Shown here: positions 16,354 to 25,362 of the stretch, piece after piece
Numbering within the stretch: position 1 is the first letter of the stretch
Layout of the letters: the number at the start of each line of letters is the position of its first letter
NCBI GenBank assembly: GCA_036564335.1
Contig: DATCPA010000090.1
Span: forward strand, 1-57,200
DNA length: 57,200 nt
DNA from: Gaiellaceae bacterium
GTDB taxonomy: Bacteria > Actinomycetota > Thermoleophilia > Gaiellales > Gaiellaceae
Direction: 5' to 3'
The notes under the pieces: model-generated
What the model was told of the DNA's origin: nothing
The model's input: the letters and a program-made list of their open reading frames with translations, nothing else
Database searches by the model: none
Position numbers and translations under genes: made by a program

Positions 16354-16401
16354 ATGCAAGCGCACGCCCGCAGTCCTCTCGCGAACGCCTACACGCCGTG
16401 A
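16354..16401 (+). CDS. candidate 15-codon leader ORF (MQAHARSPLANAYTP) coupled to pyrR
   Basis: ATG 16354 lies 4 nt after AAAGGAG (16343-16349). Its TGA stop (16399-16401) overlaps the pyrR GTG start (16398-16400). No homology support is possible for a peptide this short. Confidence 0.4.
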   Translation: MQAHARSPLANAYTP

Positions 16402-16973
16402 CCGGCGTCGATGTTGCGCCCGCCCGCGTCGTCCTCGATGCGGAGGCACTCTCGCGCACGCTGGCCCGCATCGCACACGAGATCGTCGAGAAGAACCCCG
16501 AGCTCGACACGGTCGCGCTGGTGGGCATCCACACCCGCGGCGTCTCGCTCGCGCATCGCCTGCGCCGGCTGATCCAGGAGTTCAGCGGCGTCGAGGTCGA
16601 CCTCGGAACGATCGACATCACCTTCCACCGCGACGACGTCCACGTGCGCGCGGGCGGGCCGCCGCTGCACGCGCAGCCGCTCGTCCGCGACACGAAGCTG
16701 GACTTTCAGCTCGAAGGGCGCACGTGCGTCCTCGTCGACGACGTCCTCTACACGGGCCGCACGATCCGCGCCGCGATCGAGGCGCTGTTCGAATACGGCC
16801 GCCCGGCCCGGGTCCAGCTGGCCGTCGTCGCCGACCGCGGCCACCGCGAGCTGCCGATCCGCCCGGACTACGTCGGTAAGAACCTGCCCACTGCTCGCGG
16901 GGAGCGTGTCCAGGTCCAGCTCCTCGAGGTCGACGAGGTCGACCGCGTCCTGATCCTTCCGGAGGCTAGGTGA
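16398..16973 (+). CDS. pyrR: bifunctional pyr operon regulator / uracil phosphoribosyltransferase PyrR
   Basis: 191 aa with VLDAEALSRTLARIAHEIVEKN..VALVGIHTRGV and the PRPP motif VLVDDVLYTGRT. Confidence 0.93.
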   Translation: MTGVDVAPARVVLDAEALSRTLARIAHEIVEKNPELDTVALVGIHTRGVSLAHRLRRLIQEFSGVEVDLGTIDITFHRDDVHVRAGGPPLHAQPLVRDTKLDFQLEGRTCVLVDDVLYTGRTIRAAIEALFEYGRPARVQLAVVADRGHRELPIRPDYVGKNLPTARGERVQVQLLEVDEVDRVLILPEAR

Positions 16974-17038
16974 GCCCCCCGGCAACGCCGGGCGGCGCCT
17001 GGCCCGCGAGCACGCGTCGCCATGCGGCGTCCTCAGTC

Positions 17039-17064
17039 GCGCCCGTATTCGCGAATACGGGCGC
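17039..17064. repeat. perfect 26-nt palindrome in the pyrR-pyrB spacer
   Basis: GCGCCCGTATTCGCGAATACGGGCGC is identical to its own reverse complement. Confidence 0.9.
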
Positions 17065-17133
17065 TCCCTGCGTCCTTGCCTGGCTTGGTGCTCACGTGCC
17101 AGGCATCCACCAACGTCACCGGGGGGCTCACAC

Positions 17134-18132
17134 ATGACCGACATCCACCTCGTGCGGGACGAGCTGCTCCCGCCGTCCGATCCGCCGCCGAGGCGACACC
17201 TGATCTCGATCGCCGACCTCGAGCGGGACGACGTCGAGCGGCTGCTCGCGACCGCCCGCAGCTTCGAGCAATCGCTCGAGCGGGAGATGAAGAAGCTCCC
17301 GACTCTGCGCGGCCGACTTGTCGTGAACATGTTCTTCGAGTCGTCGACGCGCACCTCGTCGAGCTTCGAGCTGGCCGCGAAGCGGCTCTCAGCCGACGTA
17401 ATGTCGATCAAGGGGACCGGCTCCTCGGTCGACAAGGGCGAGTCGCTCAAGGACACCGTCCTCACCCTCGACGCCTACGACCCGGATGTGATCGTGATCC
17501 GGGACGCCCGTATCGGCGCGCCGGACCTGGTCGCCCGGGTCACCGGTGCGCATGTAGTCAACGCCGGTGACGGGAAGCACCAGCATCCGACGCAAGCGCT
17601 GCTCGACCTCTACGCCATCCAGCAGAGCCTCGGCCGCATCGAGGGCCTGCACGTCGCGATCGTCGGCGACGTGCTCCACTCCAGGGTTGCGCGCTCGAAC
17701 ATCCAGGCGCTCGCGCTGATGGGCGCTCGGGTGACGGTTGTCGGGCCGCCGCCGCTGATCCCCCGTGGGATCGAGGCAATGGGCTGCTCCGTCTCGACCG
17801 ACATCGCGGCGATCAAGGACGCCGACGTGGTCTACGTCCTGCGCATGCAGCGCGAGCGGATGCTCCCCGGAGCGAACTACGTGCCCAGCCTCCGCGAGTA
17901 CACCGCCCGGTGGGGGGTGACGCCCGACCGCGTGCGCCCGGGGCAGAAGATCATGCACCCCGGGCCGATGAACCGGGGGGTCGAGATCGACCCGCGGGTC
18001 GCCGACTCGCCGCAGTCGCTGATCGAGGCGCAGGTGCGCGCCGGCCTCGTCGTGCGGATGGCCGTGCTCTACGACCTGCTCACGCACGGCCCGGTCGAGG
18101 TGGCGGCGAAGGTCGTCGAGGAGGTGGCCTGA
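17134..18132 (+). CDS. pyrB: aspartate carbamoyltransferase catalytic subunit
   Basis: 332 aa with FFESSTRTSSSFELAAKRL (STRT motif), HPTQALLD and HPGPMNRG. Confidence 0.95.
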   Translation: MTDIHLVRDELLPPSDPPPRRHLISIADLERDDVERLLATARSFEQSLEREMKKLPTLRGRLVVNMFFESSTRTSSSFELAAKRLSADVMSIKGTGSSVDKGESLKDTVLTLDAYDPDVIVIRDARIGAPDLVARVTGAHVVNAGDGKHQHPTQALLDLYAIQQSLGRIEGLHVAIVGDVLHSRVARSNIQALALMGARVTVVGPPPLIPRGIEAMGCSVSTDIAAIKDADVVYVLRMQRERMLPGANYVPSLREYTARWGVTPDRVRPGQKIMHPGPMNRGVEIDPRVADSPQSLIEAQVRAGLVVRMAVLYDLLTHGPVEVAAKVVEEVA

Positions 18133-19451
18133 TGCTCTACGGGAAGAGCGGCCGTCCGGACGACCTCGTCGTGCGCAGCGCCAGGGTGATCGACCCGGGT
18201 GAGGGCATCGACGGGCTGCTCGACGTTCGCGTCGATGCGGGCGTGATCACCGAGATCGGGCTGAACGTGAGCCCGAACGGCCACCGGGTCGTCGAGGGGC
18301 GCGGGCTCGTGCTGGCCCCGGCCTTCGTCGACCCGCACGTGCACCTGCGCACGCCGGGGCGCGAGGACGAGGAGACGATCGCCACCGGCACGGCAGCCGC
18401 CGCAGCGGGGGGGTACTGCACGATCCTGGCGATGCCCAACACCGAGCCGGTCGTCGACTCGGCGGCGGTGCTCGGCTCGCTGATCGAGGCCGCGCGGGAG
18501 GAGGCGGAGGTGCAGGTCGGCTTCCTCGCAGCGATCACCAAGGGCCAGGCGGGGGAAGAGCTGACCGAGATGGCAGAGCTCGCGGACGCGGGCGCGGTCG
18601 GCTTCTCGGACGACGGCCGTCCTGTCGTCGCGCCGGGCGTGATGCGGCGGGCGCTCCAGTACCACGGCATCACCGGCCGGCGCATCGCCGTTCACTGCGA
18701 GGAGCCGACGCTCTCGGGCGCCGGGCAGATGCACGAGGGCGCCGTCTCGGCCGAGCTCGGATTCGCCGGCTACCCGTCGATCGGCGAGAGTGCGATGGTC
18801 GCCCGCGATCTCGCGCTCGCCTCGTACGAGCGCCAGCCGCTCCACCTGCTGCATCTCTCCGCGCGAGAGTCGGTGGACGAGCTCCGGCGCTGGCGGGCGG
18901 CAGGTGTCGCGGCGACCGGCGAGGCGACTCCGCACCACCTGGTGCTGACCGACGATGCGATCCGCTCGCTGGACTCCAACCTGAAGATGAACCCGCCCCT
19001 GCGCAGCGCCGACGACCGGGCCGCGCTCGTGGAGGCGGTGCGCGATGGGACAATCGACGTCATCGCCACCGATCACGCACCCCATGCGGCCCACGAGAAG
19101 GACGTTCCGTTCGAGGAGGCACCGTTCGGCGTCACCGGTCTCGAGACCGCCTTCGCCGCGCTGAACACCCACCTGGTCATGCCGGGCCTGCTCTCGTTGC
19201 CGACGCTGCTCGAGCGGATGTCGGCCGGGCCGGCGAGGGCCTTCGGCCTCGAGCGGCCACGAATCGCCGTCGGCGCGCCCGCGAACCTCGTCCTGCTCGA
19301 CACGGAGACCGCGTGGCGGGTCGGCGACGGCGGCTTCCGCTCGCGCTCGGGCAACTCGTGGCTGCTCGGCGAGACCGTCAGGGGCGCGGTCCGCCTGACC
19401 GTGGCGGCCGGCCGGATCGCGTACGCCGGCTCCGGAGCGGGAAACGCGTGA
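18132..19451 (+). CDS. pyrC: dihydroorotase
   Basis: In-frame ATG 18132 forms a TGATG junction with pyrB. It has the DPHVHLR metal-binding motif, AMPNTEP and ATDHAPH. Confidence 0.93.
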   Translation: MLYGKSGRPDDLVVRSARVIDPGEGIDGLLDVRVDAGVITEIGLNVSPNGHRVVEGRGLVLAPAFVDPHVHLRTPGREDEETIATGTAAAAAGGYCTILAMPNTEPVVDSAAVLGSLIEAAREEAEVQVGFLAAITKGQAGEELTEMAELADAGAVGFSDDGRPVVAPGVMRRALQYHGITGRRIAVHCEEPTLSGAGQMHEGAVSAELGFAGYPSIGESAMVARDLALASYERQPLHLLHLSARESVDELRRWRAAGVAATGEATPHHLVLTDDAIRSLDSNLKMNPPLRSADDRAALVEAVRDGTIDVIATDHAPHAAHEKDVPFEEAPFGVTGLETAFAALNTHLVMPGLLSLPTLLERMSAGPARAFGLERPRIAVGAPANLVLLDTETAWRVGDGGFRSRSGNSWLLGETVRGAVRLTVAAGRIAYAGSGAGNA

Positions 19452-20491
19452 CGGGGTTCCTGGCACTCGAGGACGGCACCGTCTTCCACGGCACGTCCGT
19501 GGGCGCGCAGGGGTTCTCCTTCGGGGAGGCGGTGTTCGCGACGGCGATGACCGGCTATCAGGAGCTCGTCACCGACCCGAGCTACGCCGAGCAGATCCTC
19601 TGCTTCACAGCCCCGATGGTCGGCAACTACGGCGTCGCCGAGGGCCGCTCGGAGTCGAAGCGGACGCACGTGCGGGGCGTGCTCATGCGCGAGGCCCGCG
19701 GCCCGGCGTGGACGGACTGGCTCTGCGAGCGCGGGGTGGTCGCCCTCACCGGGGTGGACACCCGCTCGCTCGTCCTCCACCTGCGCGAAGGTGGTGCCAT
19801 GCGATCCGCGATCGTCGCGGGCGACGCGTCCGAGGACGAGGCGCTGGACGCCGTGCGGTCGCAGCCCTCGATGGAGGGCCGGGCGCTGGTCGCGGCAGTC
19901 TCGACGCCCGAGCCCTACGTGTACGCGGAGGAGGGGCGGCTCAGGATCGCGGTTGTCGACTATGGGACGAAGCGCTCGATCCTGCGGCGCCTGGCCGGCG
20001 CCGGGGCGGCGGTGACCGTCCATCCCCATGACGTGGACGCGGACGAGCTCGCCGGCTACGACGGCGTCGTGCTCTCGAACGGGCCCGGCGATCCCGACCC
20101 GCTCGAGGCGGAGACAGCCGTCGTCCGCGAGCTGCTCGGCCGCGTGCCGGTGTTCGGGATCTGCCTCGGCCACCAGCTGCTCGGGCTGGCCACGGGTCAC
20201 GAGACGTTCAAGCTGCCCTTCGGGCACCGCGGCGCGAACCACCCGGTGCTCGAGCGCGCGTCGGGCCGTGTGCTCGTCACCTCGCAGAACCACGGCTTCG
20301 CGGTCAAGCCCTCCGAGGAGGGCGAGGCGACGGCGGTGTCGCTCTACGACGGCACCGTCGAGGGGTTCGACTTCCCCGACCTGCGCGCGCGGTCGGTGCA
20401 GTTCCATCCGGAGGCAGGGCCGGGTCCGCACGACGGCTGGCCGTTGCTCGAGACCTGGGTCGAGGAGACGTTCGCTGCCGCGGCGCACTGA
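19448..20491 (+). CDS. carA: carbamoyl-phosphate synthase small (glutaminase) subunit
   Basis: GTG 19448 forms a GTGA junction with pyrC. It has [33 protein letters not shown] (catalytic Cys) and FHPE. Confidence 0.93.
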   Translation: MTGFLALEDGTVFHGTSVGAQGFSFGEAVFATAMTGYQELVTDPSYAEQILCFTAPMVGNYGVAEGRSESKRTHVRGVLMREARGPAWTDWLCERGVVALTGVDTRSLVLHLREGGAMRSAIVAGDASEDEALDAVRSQPSMEGRALVAAVSTPEPYVYAEEGRLRIAVVDYGTKRSILRRLAGAGAAVTVHPHDVDADELAGYDGVVLSNGPGDPDPLEAETAVVRELLGRVPVFGICLGHQLLGLATGHETFKLPFGHRGANHPVLERASGRVLVTSQNHGFAVKPSEEGEATAVSLYDGTVEGFDFPDLRARSVQFHPEAGPGPHDGWPLLETWVEETFAAAAH

Positions 20492-23459
20492 CATCGACTC
20501 GGTCTGCCTGATCGGCTCAGGGCCGATCGTGATCGGCCAAGCCTGCGAGTTCGACTACGCCGGCTGCCAGGCGCTGAAGGTCCTCCGCGAAGACGGCTTC
20601 CGCACGATCGTCGTCAACTCGAACCCCGCGACGATCATGACCGACCCCGGTTTCGCCGACCGCACGTACCTCGAGCCGCTCGACCTCGAGGGCGTCGCCG
20701 ACGTGCTCGACCGCGAGCGGCCCGACGCATTGCTGCCCACCATGGGCGGCCAGACCGCCCTCAACCTCGCGATGCAGCTGGTCGAGGCAGGGGTGCTCGA
20801 GCAGTTCGGCGTCGAGCTGATCGGCGCCGGGATCGAGGCGATCCGCCGGGCCGAGGACCGCGAGCTCTTCCGCGAGGCCGTGCGGAGCGTGGGGCTCCGC
20901 GTGCCCAGCTCCCGCATAGTCACCTCGGCGGCCGACCTCGCCGGAGTCTCGCTGCCCGCCGTCGTGCGGCCGGCGTTCACTCTCGGCGGTCACGGCGGGG
21001 GCTTCGCGTCGACCCCGGAGGAGCTCGGACACCGGGTCGAGACCGGCCTCTTCGAGAGCCCGATCAGCCAGGTGCTCGTCGAGGAGTCGGTGCGCGGCTG
21101 GGACGAGTTCGAGCTCGAGGTGGTGCGCGACAAGCGCGACAACGTGGTCGTCGTCTGCTCGATCGAGAACCTCGACCCGATGGGCGTGCACACCGGCGAC
21201 TCGGTCACCGTCGCGCCGCAGATGACGCTCTCTGACCAGGCGTACCAGGAGCTGCGCGACGCGGCCGCGGCCGTGATCCGCGCGGTCGGGGTCGAGACCG
21301 GCGGCTCCAACATCCAGTTCGCGCGCGAGCGCGGGACCGGCGAGCTGCGGGTGATCGAGATGAACCCGCGCGTCTCCCGCTCCTCCGCGCTGGCGTCGAA
21401 AGCGACCGGCTACCCGATCGCGAAGGTCGCCGCGAAGCTGGCCGTCGGCTACACGCTCGACGAGATCCCGAACGACCTGACGAAGTCGACGCCGGCGAGC
21501 TTCGAGCCGACGCTCGACTACGTCGTCGTGAAGTTCCCGCGCTTCGCGTTCGAGAAGTTCCCCGGCGCCGACCGTACGCTCGGTACCCAGATGAAGTCCG
21601 TCGGCGAGGCGATGGGGATCGGCCGCACCTTCCGCGAGGCGTTCTGGAAGGCGATGAGCTCGCGCGAGCTAGATCCTTCCCCGGCTACGCCGTGGAAAGA
21701 TCTAGACGACATTCCCGAGGGCGTGCATCCGTGGTTCAAGAGTGAGATCGAGCTCTTGAAGAAGGAGGGTCCACCCGCCGGGAAGCGCGTCTACCGCAAA
21801 GTCGACTCGTGCGCGGGAGAAGTTGCTGCCGAATCGAACTACTACTACTCGACCTTCGACGAGGCAGACGAACCAAGGGCTAACCACCGGCCGGGCAGGC
21901 CGGTGGTGGTGATTCTGGGCTCGGGCCCGAACCGGATCGGGCAGGGGATCGAGTTCGACTACTGCTGCGTCCACGCAGCCCAGAGCTTCCGCGCCCTCGG
22001 CTACGAGGCGGTGATGATCAACTGCAACCCCGAGACCGTCTCCACCGACTACGACACCTCCGACCGCCTCTACTTCGAGCCGCTCGGCGCGGAGGAGGTG
22101 CTCGCCGTCTGCGAGCGCGAGCAGCCCGACGGGGTCGTCGTCCAGTTCGGCGGCCAGACGCCGCTGAAGCTCGCGCGGGCGATCGAGGCCGGCGGCTTCC
22201 GGATCCTGGGCACGCCCTATGACGCCGTCGATCTGGCCGAGGACCGGGAGCGGTTCGGCGCGCTGCTCGACCGGTTGGGGATCCGCTGCCCGGAGTGGGG
22301 GATTGCCGAGAGCGGGCGCGAGGCAGCCGAGATCGCTCACCGCATCGGCTACCCGGTGCTTGTGCGCCCGTCGTACGTGCTGGGAGGACGGGCGATGCGG
22401 GTCTGCTACCGCGGTGCCGAGGTGGTCGAGGCGTTCCGCGCCGACCTGCGCGGGAGAGTGCTCGTCGACCGCTTCGTCGAGAACGCGATCGAGATCGACG
22501 TCGACGCGCTCTGCGATGGGGAGGAGACCTATGTCGCCGCCGTCATGCAACACGTCGAGGAGGCCGGCATCCACTCGGGTGACTCGGCCTGCGTGCTGCC
22601 GGCGCCCTCTCTGACCGGGACGACCGCGCGCGAGGTCGAGGAGATCGTCCGCAAGCTCGCGCCCGCGCTTGGGACAGTGGGACTGATCAACGTGCAGCTC
22701 GCGGTCACCGAATCGGGAGACGTATTCGTGCTCGAGGCGAACCCGCGCGCCTCACGGACGGTGCCGTTCGCCTCGAAGGCGACGGGCCTCAACCTGGTCG
22801 AGGCCGCCTGCCGGATCGCTGCGGGCAAGAAGCTGCGCGAGCTGGCGTTGCCGCCCGAGCGCCCGCCGGCTCAGGTCAGTGTCAAGGCCGCGGTGCTGCC
22901 CTTCGGTCGCTTCCCCGGGAGCGACCCCGTGCTCGGGCCGGAGATGCGCGCCACCGGCGAGGTGATGGCCTCGGCCTCCGACCTGCCGACGGCCTTTGCG
23001 AAGGCCGAGCGCGCGGCCGGGCGCCCGCTCCCGACCTCGGGCACGGCGTTCCTCTCGGTGCGGGACGCAGACAAGCCGGCGGTCGTGCCCGTCGCCGCCG
23101 CTCTCGCCGGGCTCGGCTTCAAGCTCGTTGCGACCGAGGGAACCGCGAGGACGCTGCAGGCGGCGGGCCTCGAGGTCGAGCAGGTGGCCAAGGTGGCGGA
23201 GGGCGGGGAGGCGACCGTCGTCGACCTCGTCCGCCGTGGGCGCTGCGACCTCGTCGTGAACACGCCCGTCGGCGGCTCGCTCCAGCGCACCGACGGCTAC
23301 CGGATTCGAGAGGCCGCGCTCATCGCCCGCGTCCCGTGCATCACGACGATCTCGGGCGCGGCGGCGGCGGTGCACGCGATCGCGAACGCGCGCACCGAGC
23401 TGGCCCTCTCGCTGCAGGAGCGGATCGATGCCGAGACGCGAACGGCGAACGGTCACTGA
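20475..23459 (+). CDS. carB: carbamoyl-phosphate synthase large subunit (shortened oligomerisation domain)
   Basis: It has two ATP-grasp halves ([17 protein letters not shown]; [20 protein letters not shown]) and an MGS-like C-terminus. The homology-supported N-terminus (M)PRRTDI corresponds to CTG 20475, which has GAGGAG 7 nt upstream. The only canonical in-frame start is ATG 20028, deep inside carA. Confidence 0.9.
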   Translation: MPRRTDIDSVCLIGSGPIVIGQACEFDYAGCQALKVLREDGFRTIVVNSNPATIMTDPGFADRTYLEPLDLEGVADVLDRERPDALLPTMGGQTALNLAMQLVEAGVLEQFGVELIGAGIEAIRRAEDRELFREAVRSVGLRVPSSRIVTSAADLAGVSLPAVVRPAFTLGGHGGGFASTPEELGHRVETGLFESPISQVLVEESVRGWDEFELEVVRDKRDNVVVVCSIENLDPMGVHTGDSVTVAPQMTLSDQAYQELRDAAAAVIRAVGVETGGSNIQFARERGTGELRVIEMNPRVSRSSALASKATGYPIAKVAAKLAVGYTLDEIPNDLTKSTPASFEPTLDYVVVKFPRFAFEKFPGADRTLGTQMKSVGEAMGIGRTFREAFWKAMSSRELDPSPATPWKDLDDIPEGVHPWFKSEIELLKKEGPPAGKRVYRKVDSCAGEVAAESNYYYSTFDEADEPRANHRPGRPVVVILGSGPNRIGQGIEFDYCCVHAAQSFRALGYEAVMINCNPETVSTDYDTSDRLYFEPLGAEEVLAVCEREQPDGVVVQFGGQTPLKLARAIEAGGFRILGTPYDAVDLAEDRERFGALLDRLGIRCPEWGIAESGREAAEIAHRIGYPVLVRPSYVLGGRAMRVCYRGAEVVEAFRADLRGRVLVDRFVENAIEIDVDALCDGEETYVAAVMQHVEEAGIHSGDSACVLPAPSLTGTTAREVEEIVRKLAPALGTVGLINVQLAVTESGDVFVLEANPRASRTVPFASKATGLNLVEAACRIAAGKKLRELALPPERPPAQVSVKAAVLPFGRFPGSDPVLGPEMRATGEVMASASDLPTAFAKAERAAGRPLPTSGTAFLSVRDADKPAVVPVAAALAGLGFKLVATEGTARTLQAAGLEVEQVAKVAEGGEATVVDLVRRGRCDLVVNTPVGGSLQRTDGYRIREAALIARVPCITTISGAAAAVHAIANARTELALSLQERIDAETRTANGH

Positions 23460-24093
23460 CAGCGAGGCCGTCGGGCCCTACACGCTCCTGCGCGTGGACC
23501 GGGGCGGGCTCGAGCCGGGCCTGCCCGGACAGTTCTTCATGCTCGAGGCGCCCGGACGGCTGCTGCCGCGGCCGATGAGCCTTTGCCTCGCCCCGCCCGA
23601 TGAGCTCGCGTTCCTGATCGATCCGATCGGGCCCGGTACCGAGTCGCTGTGCTCGCTCCGCGCCGGCGACGCGCTGCACGTCTTCGGCCCGCTCGGGAAC
23701 GGCTTCCGCCTCGACGTCGACCGGCCGCTCCTCGTCGGAGGCGGGATCGGAATGGCGCCGCTGCCGTACCTCTCCGATCGGCTCGGGCACCCAAGGGTCG
23801 CGCTCGGCTTCCGCTCCGAGTGGCACGCCGAAGCCGCCGCGCTCGTGCCGAACGCCGAGGTGGCGATCGACCCGACCCTGGTCACCGAGCTGATCGAGCC
23901 GGGCTTCGAGGTGCTCGCCTGCGGGCCGGAGCCGATGCTCGACGCTGTCCGCGCGCTGTGTCCGGGCGCGCAGCTCGCCTGGGAGGCGCCGATGGCGTGC
24001 GGCTACGGCGCCTGCTACGGGTGCGCGGTCGAGATCGGCGGGGCCTGGAAACGGCTGTGCGTGGACGGCCCCGTTCTGGCGGCGGCGGCCTGA
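23428..24093 (+). CDS. pyrK: dihydroorotate dehydrogenase electron-transfer subunit
   Basis: 221 aa with an FAD/NAD-binding fold ([13 protein letters not shown]) and a C-terminal 2Fe-2S cysteine cluster [11 protein letters not shown]...C. Confidence 0.88.
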   Translation: MPRRERRTVTDSEAVGPYTLLRVDRGGLEPGLPGQFFMLEAPGRLLPRPMSLCLAPPDELAFLIDPIGPGTESLCSLRAGDALHVFGPLGNGFRLDVDRPLLVGGGIGMAPLPYLSDRLGHPRVALGFRSEWHAEAAALVPNAEVAIDPTLVTELIEPGFEVLACGPEPMLDAVRALCPGAQLAWEAPMACGYGACYGCAVEIGGAWKRLCVDGPVLAAAA

Positions 24094-24959
24094 TGCTGCT
24101 CAACGCCTCGGGCTGCCTCGACGCGCTGACCGCACCCGAGACAGCGCGGCAGCTGGACGCCTTCGTGACGAAGACGGTGACGCCGCTACCCCGCGGCGGG
24201 AACGCGCCCATCCGGATCGCCGAGACGGAAGTCGGGATGCTCAACTCGATCGGGCTCGCCAACCCAGGACGCGAGGCCTTCCTCGCCGAGACGTTGCCGC
24301 GCCTGCGGGAGTTCGGCCTGCCGGTGTGGGTCTCGGTTGGAGGATTCTCCGCGCACGACTATGCCGAGACATGCGCGCGCCTCGAAGACGTCACGATCGA
24401 GCTGAACCTCTCCTGCCCGAACGTCGACGAGGCGCCCGAGTCGGCGGCCGAGATCGTCGCCGCCTGCAGGGCGGCGACGGCGCTGCCGCTGTACGCGAAG
24501 CTGTCGCCGGCGAGCTGGGACGTGGGCGCCGTCGCCCGCGCCGTCGAGGCCGCGGGCGCGGACGGGCTCTCGCTGGTCAACACGCTCCGCGGGATGAAGC
24601 TCGGCCCGGGCCTGGGTCCGGTGCTCGGCACTGCGACGGGCGGCCTCTCCGGCCCGGCACTGAAACCGGTCGCCCTCGCCGCCGTGCACGCATGCTTCCG
24701 GGCGAGCTCGCTACCGATAGTCGGGATGGGCGGAGTGGCCACCGGGCGCGACGCGCTCGAGCTCCTGGCGGTCGGTGCACGGGCCGTCGCGCTCGGCACA
24801 GTGCTCTTCTCGGACCCGTCCGCGCCGGCCCGGATCAGGGACGAGCTCGCCGCCGAACTGGCCGCGCTCGGGCTCTCTTCGGCCGACGAAGCGTGCGGTC
24901 TCGCCCACCAGGAGGCGTTGCCAAAAAGAAAACACCTCGATCTAGGGTCGAGAGTTTGA
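24093..24959 (+). CDS. pyrD: dihydroorotate dehydrogenase (class 1B) catalytic subunit
   Basis: In-frame ATG 24093 forms a TGATG junction with pyrK. It has NASGC, NSIGLANPG, ELNLSCPN, NT and GGV motifs. Confidence 0.9.
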   Translation: MLLNASGCLDALTAPETARQLDAFVTKTVTPLPRGGNAPIRIAETEVGMLNSIGLANPGREAFLAETLPRLREFGLPVWVSVGGFSAHDYAETCARLEDVTIELNLSCPNVDEAPESAAEIVAACRAATALPLYAKLSPASWDVGAVARAVEAAGADGLSLVNTLRGMKLGPGLGPVLGTATGGLSGPALKPVALAAVHACFRASSLPIVGMGGVATGRDALELLAVGARAVALGTVLFSDPSAPARIRDELAAELAALGLSSADEACGLAHQEALPKRKHLDLGSRV

Positions 24960-24994
24960 TCGAAACACCTGCAAATCAAGTCAATCGAAGCAGG

Positions 24995-25022
24995 TTGACC
25001 CGCACCGGCAAGCTGTTAGACT
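24995..25022 (+). promoter_or_regulatory. candidate promoter of mihF: TTGACC, 16-nt spacer, TAGACT
   Basis: The -35 is at 24995-25000 and the -10 at 25017-25022. ATG 25033 follows 10 nt later without an SD, so the mRNA is probably leaderless. Confidence 0.45.
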
Positions 25023-25032
25023 CGCTCCCCGT

Positions 25033-25362
25033 ATGGCGACGAAGACCCAGGCTACGGCGCCGGTTCGCTCTCTCGATCAGCGCATGGAGGCTCTTGCTCG
25101 AGCCAATGACATCCGCGTCCGCAGGGCACAGCTGAAGAAAGACCTGAAGCTAGGCAAGATCCAGATCGAAGAGATCCTCGACGATCCGCCGGCGTACGTC
25201 GGAACGGCGAAGGTGTTCGACATGCTGATGGCAGTGCCGAAGTTCGGGCGTGTGAAGGCGGCCCGCTTCCTCAACCAGTGCCGCATCAGCCAGTCGAAGA
25301 CCGTCGGCGGGCTGTCCGAACGCCAGCGTGCCGAGCTGATTGGGCTCTTCAACCGGAGCTAG
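25033..25362 (+). CDS. mihF: actinobacterial integration host factor mIHF
   Basis: 109 aa. The segments IRVRRAQLKKDLKLGK...VPKFGRVKAARFL....GGLSERQRAEL and the conserved position before gmk-rpoZ-coaBC support the call. Confidence 0.85.
   Translation: MATKTQATAPVRSLDQRMEALARANDIRVRRAQLKKDLKLGKIQIEEILDDPPAYVGTAKVFDMLMAVPKFGRVKAARFLNQCRISQSKTVGGLSERQRAELIGLFNRS

Noticed and set aside
16354-16401. ATG 16354 as the true pyrR start, since it has the only strong SD
   Set aside because: It is in a different frame from the PyrR sequence and terminates after 15 codons. PyrR homology (VVLDAEAL...) is in the frame of GTG 16398. I kept it as a candidate leader ORF instead.
20028-20474. ATG 20028 as the carB start (the ORF-track call, 1143 aa)
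   Set aside because: It would add 149 residues encoded entirely out of frame within carA and with no similarity to CarB. The conserved N-terminus aligns to CTG 20475, which has a well-placed SD.
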